NCBI GenBank assembly: GCA_977030845.1
Contig: OZ365110.1
Coordinates: 27,032,001-27,096,000 of the forward strand
DNA length: 64,000 nucleotides
Direction: 5' to 3'
DNA from: Fimbriosthenelais zetlandica
Lineage: Eukaryota
The notes below the pieces were generated by a model. The model was not told the DNA's origin. It worked only from the letters and a program-made list of their open reading frames with translations, and did not search any database. Made by a program: the position numbers and the translations under genes. Positions 15,001-26,285 of the stretch are shown here, one piece after another. Every line of letters starts with the position of its first letter. Position 1 is the stretch's first letter.

Positions 15001-16172
15001 AACATATCCTCCTTTCGAGTCAAGCCCCTGGATTCCCTGATTAGGTCCCGAAGTGAAAAACACTCGTCTGAATTGCTAAATTCAGTTTCAAAATTTTAAC
15101 GATCGCCGCCGCATCGATGGCAGAGTGGAGTCCCATTTGATACACGTTATAGTAGAAGCACTAGAGGCCAGCATTCAATAAAAGTCTGATAAATAACATG
15201 AGCATGATTTATGATGGGGATAGATTAATCGTTAGGCAGAGGGCTGAAATGCCAGCACTATAGCTAATACCTCCAACCAGATCCCTACTACCTCTCTCCA
15301 CCAAATTTAGATAATCTCGTTTAGCAGCAATGTGCTGGGGCAAGGGTAGCAGTTAACCCTGCTTTCACCCAACTCACATACATAGCATATACAGGGACCT
15401 TTGGAAAATTTTAAAATACACAAAGTCAAAGGCAGATGGTTACTGGAAACACTCCTATCAAAGTCTTATAGACGCTTAAGGCGTAACCTCTTGAATCAGT
15501 ATAAATAAGGGCAAAAAACTTACATTTAAAACTCTTTTTCATGACCATGATGAATAGGCCTTCACGAGAAATATACTATGCATTTAAAAAAATGCAATAA
15601 AACCTGGGTGGCAAGAGGTTAATTTTGGGAATAAGCATTTCTAAGGACTACTTGTTAAGCTTTCTGTACTGCTAATTGGACTACAGTATGATTTATTGCT
15701 GTAGCTAAACAGTCTGCTGCACTATGTGAGTTCTGATGGATCAGGCCTTTTTTTGTCTTTTCTGGACGCGCTCTCTGTGTTCAGGGCTAGACACTGCTTT
15801 GGTAGACACTAGGGAAGAATTTAGTTGGTACTATCCATCTTCTACCTCATTATTTCACCGCCCTACACGATTTATCCATTTTATGAAATTTGACCTGGAA
15901 AGCCCAAAGAAGAGGAGCTGCATGCTGTGGTAGTGTGCGGAAATCCACCCATCCCTGTCCACCAACCCACCCACCCTCTCCTACATTCGCCATAAAGTGC
16001 CTCAAGGAACACTTCCAACAACACAAAAATGTGCTTTTTGCACAATAGATATCAGGCATATCTATGCATAGGTGATGGTGCCTTCATCAATCACCCGGCC
16101 GAGCATTCAGTGATTAGAATGAGATGACATCTGAACAATGCCTTTGCCTCTGGGGCGATAACGATGCTAGTG

Positions 16173-16186
16173 ATTACCATGGTAAC
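16173..16186. promoter_or_regulatory. RFX X-box-like site
   Basis: ATTACCATGGTAAC, one mismatch from the palindrome GTTACCATGGTAAC. Confidence 0.3.
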
Positions 16187-17400
16187 CGGCAAGTAGAACG
16201 GGGGATGAGCCTATGAGCTGGCTAGAGCTTTGTCAGGCCCGGCCTTGCATGCATGACTGGGCCGCGTTGTCACTGCCTAAACACTCGGCAAATGTTCTGG
16301 CATCCGATCAAAGCTGGACTGGCCCATGTTGGGCCTTGTCTCTCCGTTAGAACATCGTCTATCGGCTTTGACAGTGTTCACTCATATTGTGCCCCACCAG
16401 CTCTAACGTCTGGGCCACGTGCTTCCGGTCCTTGAGGTCTCACAATGCTGATTTCGCTACAGCAAATGCAATGTTTCCTTTCTAAATAAGCAAAATAGCT
16501 GAAGGATCATCTGGATGACTCATTTCTCCTTTCCGTGCTATTGAAGATGTATCTTCTTTGTCTCAGGGGCCGTAAAATGGAAATTGATTCTGTATTGATC
16601 AGGGAAGCTGCCAGACTTGCTCCACTTAAGAAGTAATTCCTTTGTGGGGTTTTGTGGCCGGAAAATGGTAAAGGAAATGCTTCTATAGCCGGTTCAAACA
16701 TTCAGAGCCTCCTTGAAGAGATAAAATCACTGGCAGCCAATAGATAAAGACATGGAATATTGTACTTATGATTAACGATGTTATCTCTGAGGGGCCATAA
16801 GGCCCAAGTCGCCACCTTAATATCTCTCAATATGCCCATTGATAATAATGCGAAGATTCTCCTGCGATACCAGACATCCTATATCTGATCTGTATAAGGC
16901 TGGTAGTAGTTCATTAATGCATCTTTATCGTTTAGCATTTTAGATGTAGCCCTCTTCATTAATATACTGTAATAGATTCTAAAAAACCACACTGCTTGAT
17001 CCGGAAAAACTCCTAGCTGAAGGGATGATGTTAATAATGATCACAGTATTATAGTCCTGTAGTCTGTTAAGGCAGTTTATAAATATTGAGTTACATTGCA
17101 ATTATGGTTTAATCTGGATCAGCAAAAAGCCCAATGATTGATTGTTTAACAATGTCTTCAGTGTGATGGATAAATAACGTTTAAGGATATATCGTTATAG
17201 AAGGACATTATAGAAAGGATGACTCCTAACCGTGGTATTTGCTATGTAGTCGAAATGTAGTCTATTCGAGATTGAAGACGATTGTCTGCCGATTTTCCTT
17301 TAAAACATTTGTGCACATTCAATATACTTTAACTCATAAAAACAATTATAATCTGGAAAATATATTTTAGGCATTTGCTTTTCATTTCTGCGAATGTAAG

Positions 17401-17482
17401 ACTCGAATATTGTATGCTTAAATGTTACTCACTTGTTGCAAAAACTCAATCTTGTTCTTTTTTTATTTTTTCAGGTGAGTGA
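17401..17482 (+). other. candidate recursive splice site RS1 (3'ss fused to 5'ss, zero-length exon)
   Basis: AG-free 17401-17472, branch-like TACTCAC 17426-17432, tract CTTGTTCTTTTTTTATTTTTT, then CAG (17472-17474) directly followed by GTGAGTGA (17475-17482). Confidence 0.75.
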
Positions 17483-20067
17483 TTGATACACATACGTGGA
17501 AGTGGTCTAGGGTAATACTATTAGGTTATCCCACCCACCAGCTAAGTCTTTTCATCAGCCTTATGCTTTATGGACTAGGGCCTATCATATATGAGCTTTG
17601 GGTACGAGAGGGGCGGGGGAAAGGGCTGGATTATACGGCCAATATAGTGTCTTTTCTCTATAGCCTTGATTACACATACTATCCCATTTAGCAACCTTGA
17701 GAGGCCACATTATTTCAGCGTTAATCCATAGATACGTGGGTACATTTTCCCGCAGACGAAATTGCCTCGTCCATGACCCCCCGAATCTTGGTCTATCCCT
17801 TGGTATCCCATAATTGATAGAGTTTTCCGTTGCTTGATCCCATCGGAGATTGGTCCATATGCTCCATGGAATGAATGATTTAGCTCTGACTTTGTCCATT
17901 GCACTGCTCCGCCTATACTGTTTCATTGGGCTCCGGAACCATCCATTCCTATTTGCCTCCCAACGATATCTCTTCTTCAATTTAACTGCTGTCACCCCAA
18001 TGGGAAATCTATGGTACTTGCTTCTGTAGTTTAGTAGGTTGTTGCTCGTCCATTCCAGTCTAGGGTTACCATAAATGTTTTGTTCCTCCACTGAAATATC
18101 CACTTTTTTAAGAGAGAGAAAAAAATCTAGTGGGTGAATCTTTTTGGAAGGCTGTCATCACACTGAGGGTGAATGGTTGGAGTGCCTTTGGGGAGTTGAT
18201 GAGGGAAGGGTTGGTGGGAGGAGTATATAGGGAGGGGATGGGAGGTGCTAGGGGATATGGTTGTAGTACTAGTGAGAGGGGTGAGGATGTGGGATTGGCT
18301 TTGCTTGTATCATGTGTTAATGTAGTGGCATGGCGTGGATCTATAATGGGCCCTTATCATGTCCGCCCATGCCAGCTTTTACCGGCCTCAGGAGGGACCG
18401 TTCACCGTACGTCTATCCCAATAAAAGATAGCCAGGAGGGAAAGGCAGAGCAACTCCTGCTGTTACTCTTACTCCCGCCTCTACTTCCACCTTCAGGAGC
18501 TCCTCCTCTAGCTCAGGCTTCATGTACACCCAGGTTTGATTTCTACTGACAACCTGAAAATACCTAGACTAGAGTGCCCCGTCATGACCTTTTATGTAGG
18601 GTAACAGATCACCCTTTAAGAAGTGGTTCTTGAGATGGATGGACAGGCCATGCTGGCTGGTCCATTACCTTGTATCGTGACTCATGACTCATGGCTTTTA
18701 TGCGTACATGTTCATTACATAAAGGATGACAGCTTAATTGTTTTAATATAGACCTGTGCTTAATAGTTATTGATACCGGACTATCGGAATCATAAACATA
18801 CATATTATAATAAATATTTTCAGTATACAGGTCTGTACAAACAGTTGTAGGCCTGTAATAAAAAAATAACCAGTCTGTTCCACATATCATAGTGCAGTCA
18901 TCTGTCATCATGTACTGCATGAGTAGCTCTTGACAATAGGGAACAGCATGTGGACCATTCTAACATTAACTAGGTTCATGACTGGATTTACATTAAATTG
19001 ACTGATCACTATACACGCCTGAATTTTATTAGGTGAATGGGTTCATTGCGTTTTCCTTGCGGGGTCCTATTCTAAAGAATAGCTTAGCCGTCTTGAGTAA
19101 TTGACGAGTGAATTGGACTGGCGTATACTGCAGAGACAATGATGGACATCTGCCAAGGTTGCCAAGGACAAAGCGCTTAGGCATAAAGAAGATTTGGGAC
19201 TCAGGTGGTCTCGAAATTATTAGACTTTATAGTCGCGGGGTACTTGGTCCCCGGGTCAGTGTGGGGTTGATGTGAGGTCGAAAGTATTAGGCCAGGGTGG
19301 TGTGGCTGAGCCAAGTCATTCTCATTGTCCTGTAGGGCTTATAGGCTGGATAGGACGAGAAATGGGTGGTTGGGAGGAAGGGGATTGGTGAGAGGAGACA
19401 GGGATATTTAACGCTTTGTTTTCTGTGGCTATTAAGGCAGACAAATAGGGTATAAAATCAACTAAAACGATAGACCTACATCCCGGGAGCTTGTCTACGC
19501 CGGGTCTGGGCTGTCAGTGGCAGGCAAAGAGGATTACATCCAGATACCAACCTCTAATTGCTGTGCCTGGGGCTCTGGCTGGAAACAAGAGAAAACACAA
19601 GGGAATAAAGTCATCATTTTCTATCCTAGACCTCCCAGAGACTCTACAGTCCTGCCAGCCGACCCCAAATTAAATGCTTTGATGGCTGTCGCAAGAAACA
19701 AAAATCTTCACGTGCCACCCTCTTTTGAAACAGTAGAGTTTGCTTGGTGAAGGGTTCAAAATGAGATTTCCTTCTTATCGTCATGAAAACATGCAATGTG
19801 TTTTGTCTCCTTCCAAAGGAAAGGAAATGGAAGGGGGAGGCTTTTAAAGTCATTCCCACGAGAGTGTTTTCAGATGTGCTTTGAAGAGGGGGGTCAAGGA
19901 AGGGTGGGGCACGTGGACTAGAGATTCTCTCTCACTCCCCTTCTCTCCTTCTTTCTCCCTCTCCCCATGTCGTCCATCAAAATGGTAGGGTTGGATCTCA
20001 ATGTGTGTGAATGAATATAAGAGCGTGGGTGATTGTATGGGCAGTGTAATCAGCGCCTCCCAGAAAA

Positions 20068-20110
20068 GGGGTGGGGGTGGGGGGCTCACACTGGGGGGCG
20101 GAGAAAGGGG
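20068..20110 (+). other. G-quadruplex-forming sequence
   Basis: Five G runs (G4, G5, G6, G6, G4), the first three separated by single-T loops. Confidence 0.55.
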
Positions 20111-22312
20111 AGGACAAGGCAGGTGGGTGGACCATATTTAACATGCCCGGGGCTGTTGCAAGACTATGACCATTGGCAGTGGCTGGCAAGTGTAGCCGGG
20201 CATTCAGATCCGCCCCTTTGTCATTCGCTGCACAACCCCATGTCGACACGAGGAGTAAAAATGGCTGCCGTGATCGATAATCCCCAGATAAGGGCAGGCC
20301 TAACTAGAATAAAACCTCAAGGTATTAGGTGTAGAAGAAACAGATCGCCAGGAATGGAGGTTCCAGGAGGCGTGCTTTGTGTTTCATGGGTCTTCTTATA
20401 CTGGTGGGAGGTCCAAGCTTTTCTCATACAAAATCCTGCTTCATTCAAAGCTGACCCTGCTTGTACACGATTTTCAGCCTTAAATCTTTGGTTTGAGGTC
20501 ACTTCTAGAATCTAGATCCTGTATACTGAAATTTACTAGTCCCCTGGTAGGAGTTCGTTCACTGTGAAAAATCTAATTAAGCTATATATAAGAACGTCTG
20601 AAAAGTATGTTGATCCTTAGACTTAATTAAATTGTATTAAGTAAGACTATAATAAGTAGTCCACAAGGGAGTGAAGCAATCATGATCTGATCAACAGAGA
20701 ATCTAGCTCATACAAGTGTATAAAATAGTCGACACAATTTACAGCTGTCTGTATGCAGGGGGTTATATATCCTATGATACAGGTGTTATGTGAGAGGTTG
20801 ATTTGACAGTCATGAGATACTAATGGTATGGAAGTATCAGCGAGCCCTAATCCAGGCCCAGCCTTGTGTAAAGGCACAAGGTCCAGGGGGCACATACAGC
20901 AGGCTGCCACTCACCCCACCCCACCAACCACCCTCATCCACCCTCTCCCTCCCTTACCCCACTAGCAATATCTGCTAGTGGCAAATGCTGTCACCACAAC
21001 ACCAAGAATCGATCTAACCTTGACTTCCCCCCCCCCCACTTACCTCCCCTCTCTCTATAAGGTGGGGGTGTAGAGAGGTACTACTAGATGTGGGCTAGTC
21101 AAGGCTCAACTGTGAATTCCCCACATCTTGGGTCAACTCCCTCACCACTCAGACCTCACTGCGTGGCTACGAATGTTGCCTTTCATAGCCAGACTCGCAT
21201 TGCTTTTCAATATGCCTCCGCGGTGCTAGCTCATTGACCTTGGTTCAATGGATATAGATCTCATATACAGGTTTTAATTGAAGGCAGTTGTCAGCTGGAA
21301 TCAATGGTCAACATTTCTCTGGTTTCATTAGGGTTAGATTGTGTTGTTAACCTTTACCGTCCGTTTAGCCATATATAAGGCTACGCTTAGTAGAGGTAGT
21401 ATATGGAAAGTGGGCTCATAGAATGGCAAGCACCTGACGTGTAGTATATGAAAAAATGGCATTGCTTCTGGAATCTTACACAGTCAATGTCCTATGGTAT
21501 AGTCTTCCTCAATGGAATAGGTTTTTTTCTCTACTGCTGATCCTGTTCTAAATTGTAAGCCTGTTTGAGATGGTGAGCGTTCTAGCAGCATCATGACGGC
21601 TGTCAGCTAGTGAGGAATTGTCTTAGCCTAAAAAGCTATGATAAATCATGGATTACCCATGGCAAAGCCGTCCGCTGTCTCCCTAATCCCTGTAGATTTC
21701 ACTGCTTCTCTTCTTATGCCATCTACTTACCTCCCCATGTACCACTCTCCCAAGTGTCTGTCAAAATATTGATTAAGCAAGCTTCCAAATATCATTATTA
21801 CCCTATTCTCTGTATTGGTGCATGGTACATACGTGTTTTGCCCTCATCCAGCGAGTTGTTTATTTCCCCTACACACTTCTACACATGTCATTCTGCCACC
21901 CATGTCTTGGTGGGCACTTAATATCAGTGCAAGTTGTGATTACACGACCTAGTGAGTGAGGTGTTAGCACCGTGAAATTAGCGCCTGGCCGAAGGGCGTA
22001 GGCAATGTATGTATATGGAGTGGGAGATTCTCTGCCTGAGAGATCTACGGTATCATATGCTTCACTGTACTCACTTTACTACATGGCTGACTGCAAAGAC
22101 GAGGATATGACATATCGTGTTCTCTCCCTCTATGCATGTAGAAATTGCAAACCCAGAACTAATCATTTGTGAAGTATCATGAGTATGTATGCGTATGCAT
22201 ATATTTTTTATGTATTTTTTATGTACACTGCAAATTATGTCCGGTATAGTTTACAGGGGGGTTCTGTAATTCCTATTGAGGAATTTTACATGGTTGCAGT
22301 AGGTCTACTTTA

Positions 22313-22342
22313 ACCCTGGATTGGCTACCCTGGATTGGCTAC
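22313..22342. repeat. 2 x 14-bp tandem repeat ACCCTGGATTGGCT
   Basis: Exact tandem copies, each with an ATTGG. Confidence 0.85.
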
Positions 22343-24214
22343 AAAGCAGTTCCTGTATTGGAAGTAATTAAAAATGGATTTCTTAATATTAAATTAGTTA
22401 TAGTATGTACCTTCAATTCAGAATTATTATGGTTTACTGGTACAAGGTTTGTGAGATATAGATTAGTATATTTACTTGAACACAACCCAGATGCTGTCAG
22501 CCTCCTATGACAGTCTAGAACTAGACTTTGCCTCTATATAGAACTATAGTCATGTCTATATACTCTCTGTAAGGTGTCTGTCTTTATACCAAAGGAAATA
22601 AGGGGAGAGGGGAGATGTAAAAAGTGAGATAAGAGATATAAACTAAAGAGTTCATTAAGAAAGTACCACGGCAGTGTCAGCACCTCAGCCTTCCCATCGT
22701 GGGAAAGTGATTTTTCTTAGCAGGGCCTTCTATTCATAGTGTAAGTGTCTAATTCCATGCATGCCAGGCTGAGCCTCTTGAGGTAATGAATTGAGAAAGC
22801 CTGTGACTAAAGCCCAGGCACTGAGCTATAACCAAAGCATATGGGTCCCATGCATATCCTCCCTGCTGTCTCTCTCACACCGCCATTGTCTCTCTTCGCT
22901 TGCAAAACAATTAGTACAGAAAGCACGCTGCTGCTTTTTCTTACTGCCTAATTGAATCAGAGGGACAGGTCTTTCAGGAAAATCTGTGTCAGGTCTGATG
23001 GAAATGAGTGTGTTCAATCTCCTATCGAGGCGAATAAATCAAACCAGATTTGGCAACACCCAGTGTCTCCGCAGACCAGCCTGTGTTTGCTTACCAATGA
23101 GCATCCCCTGCACGGTCTCCCACTCTTCCCACAACTCTTCAAATTGGACAATTTGAGGTACAAAAGAAACCCACTATTGTTTGACCTGAGAAAAAACCAC
23201 GATTCCTGACATTTGCTAAATGGAAATCCTGAGTATTTTTAGAGGCGCTTCTGTATTTGCCATTCGGCGAGGAACAAATGTGGTGTCGATTTGTTCACAT
23301 TATCCGTAAAAAGGATAATCTGAAGCTTATGGTGGAGAACAAAGATTGCGTTTTATTCATTGTGTCATCTGACCATGGGATCAGGAAAGTTACTTTGAAA
23401 TAACACGCTGGCACATACAAGGCTTTTTCTATCCAAGTGAGCTCGGGTCGTGAATGGCGGGGATATCTGTGTTAATTCAATAGATGCTAGTAGCAGTGGC
23501 CCTCGTCACCCTACATTCTGATGGCTGATTCAGATGCCATGTTGCCTAGCAGAGATTTGAATGGACGAAGGAAGGCTTTCCTAGAGATAAAGTACAAAGG
23601 AGGCCTATCCATCCATGAGGAAGAATTTAGAGGCTATAAACAATGGGGTCTGGGAAGGCGGTGCGTGCTAATGTCTTTCTTGTGTAATGGGAGAGGATAT
23701 GGAGTTAATCAATACGTCTTGAAAGCTATTTTCCCCCTTTGAACAACCTAGCATCATACATTAAATTCCCGGGCTCATTAGCTCTACGTCTGCAACGTCA
23801 ACACAAATAAGTCTTCCTGTCGTTTTTCCTCTTCAATGTGCAGAAGAATACAAAACTTCAATGAAGGTTGCTCTCACCTCCTCTTCCCCATTCCCTCTCT
23901 GACTTCCCTCTCTTTCTGGATGCCTTCCTGACGACAGGCCTTGTAGTGAGAGCCGAATGAAATGTCACAAATCATTGAAAACGAAATTAATGCGTCCTAA
24001 TGTATTTAGTCTACTGGTACTGTGTGATCTCATTTTACATAATCCATAACTTTAATTCACTTTTCCACAGGGACATTTTAAATTCCTTTGTCCGCAGCAT
24101 TTCTGCTCTGGAGGTCTTCATCTCTCTTTTTTCCTGACTCCTTAATCAGTTTTAAAATCATGTGTTCATGAAATTTCCATGAGTTGCGAACAGACAGTTT
24201 TTGCTTCCTATTGG

Positions 24215-24260
24215 ACTCACCTACAACAAACGCCAAATGAAAGTCAGCATAAGAGTGTCA
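24215..24260 (-). other. weaker minus-strand fused 3'ss/5'ss site
   Basis: Minus strand reads GCTGACTTTCATTTGGCGTTTGTTGTAG|GTGAGT with about 44 nt free of AG. The tract is interrupted by G. Confidence 0.25.
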
Positions 24261-26059
24261 GAAACTGGAGGCCCTTGTTAATCCAATGTGGCAGCTCCGA
24301 TAGGATTCTAATCCCCTACTACATGAAGAGTCTTTGTTCGCAAACGCGCTGTCTTTTGTATGGCAAAGCATTTGGCTCACGATGAATGTCACTCTTTGAT
24401 AGGTGACTCCCAAGCCGTTCGAAAGGGAGCGATCCAAGTAGGGTATGATTTATTTATTTGTATCTTTCAAGGCTTGCAGTCAGGAAACTGGGCTTTAATC
24501 CCATCCCGGAAATGCAAGGCATTGTCTGATCCTTAAGAGTCCCGTCTGAAAAGTGATTTCAGATCGCCCCACATTGCTATTGCCTTTCAGCCTTGAATCA
24601 TTTGTCTGCTTCACACATAAATGCTGAATCATTGCTATTCACTTCGTCTTGCTTTAGAAGCATAGAGCAGTATATTAAATAATTGTTATTCCACTTTTAT
24701 TAACATGGTTAATTCTGATAAATTCCTCAATGAACTATTATTGCCTTTTAATGCTAGTTATGTACCGAAGACATGACTGTGTTTACTTGTCTATGCTACT
24801 GAGTTGGACTGGACATAGAGGGCTTGATTGGCGAGTCTTTACTTGCCAAGGATGAATAAAAGTTCAGCCCAGGGCCATTACAAAATCCTTTGAAGGCTAA
24901 ATACTACATTGCAAGGCATTAATCATTGCAAACATCTTCTCTCCCTCCACTTTCCAACAAGATTTATGCCTTCCTCCAGCCTATACATAGAGGTTTAAAG
25001 CTTTGAATCCTGTATTATAGAGGCCCTTGAACCATTCCCAAACGCCGGTTCATTCAAAAGACTAACATGTTTTACGAGACTCGGAAATTGATGCAGCTAG
25101 GTAAAAATCTGCACGTTGAAAGGTTGACCGATCTATATTTGTTGCACGATTGAAGCCCGGGATAAAGACCCCTGTCCAGCCAGAGGGTCAAAAGAGAACA
25201 CACTGCTCCCAAATGGAACAATCTGATAGGCAGATGAAGGATAGCCTTATTCCTGAAATTGGATTGCCTCTAAGTCTTGGAAAAGGAGCAGATGCTTTTA
25301 TGCTTCCTTTTTTCAATTTTTGTTCCCCACTTAAATATCTCAGGTGTTTGTAGATGGAATAGAAGGCTGGGATGATGTAGGGCTGGGACCTGTTGCTTGT
25401 TTTACACGTACTTGCGCTATAAAGGTTCTATAAAGGACGGTGTGTATGACAGTCAAGCTCCTTTTTCCTGCCCTGATTGGCTTGGCCTCTCTCTACTTTT
25501 GACGTCTAACCGCCCATAAAGCTGATCTATGTTTTGCAGCAACAGTTTTAAAACTTTTTCGTTGTCAGCATTATTTAAAGAAATGACTGTAAGAAAAAGT
25601 TTAGCTGGGTTGTGCATGGATCATGTACATAAAAGTGATTGACTCTCCTTGCTTCCTTTTGGTTTATTATTTCAGTTTTAGTTATTACTCGAACCCTTTA
25701 AGTGTGTGAAATTTGTATCGATGGATTTTTGCCTTGAAATTCTACCAAGAGAACACTCCCAAAGTGAATCTATTACGTGTTGTATTCAATTTAGTGCCAA
25801 ACGAGGTCACCGGCCAGCCACCCAATCGATGCTTATCAGATTAAAGTTTTTTTTCTAACCAAGGTTCTTTCTCCTCTGCTCTGATGTCAGCATGAACCTC
25901 CTGCCTACCTCCCAAATAGAAGCCTTATTGACGGGTATGACACGATTACAGCCAAATCTCGGCCTACCACGTGCTCACAGCTCCCCACGAGATTTGGAAC
26001 CGAAGCGTGGCGGTGAAATTTGGGTGGCAAATGCTGTCCTCTGGTGGATGAAAGTGGAG

Positions 26060-26285
26060 GATGGTATTAAGGGGGAATGATGGCGGAGCGCGTCAGCTAA
26101 GCGTCTCTCGATTTATGGCTCACGAGCCTCCGCGGAAACGTCCAATTAAGGCAAAGGTCAGAGAAGGTCACGTGACCAACGAGGATTGATGACGCCAACC
26201 TCTGACCTGTAAATGCACTGTCACCGATGCTGATTGGACGATTAGTTACTATGGCAACAGGTCACGACCAATGAGGCTCGTCAAC
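26060..26285. promoter_or_regulatory. CpG-rich enhancer/promoter-like motif cluster (DR4, E-box, RFX X-box, two CCAAT boxes)
   Basis: AGGTCAgagaAGGTCA 26155-26170, GGTCACGTGACC 26166-26177, GTTACTATGGCAAC 26245-26258, ATTGG 26233-26237, CCAAT 26268-26272. Confidence 0.5.

Noticed and set aside
17585-18103. 172-aa minus-strand ORF, the longest non-RT ORF
   Set aside because: No recognisable domain, unusual Trp/Arg-rich composition, and no convincing splice or promoter context. An ORF of this length can arise by chance in 64 kb.
20033-20515. 160-aa + strand ORF
   Set aside because: Arises from a G-rich low-complexity stretch lacking stops; no domain similarity.
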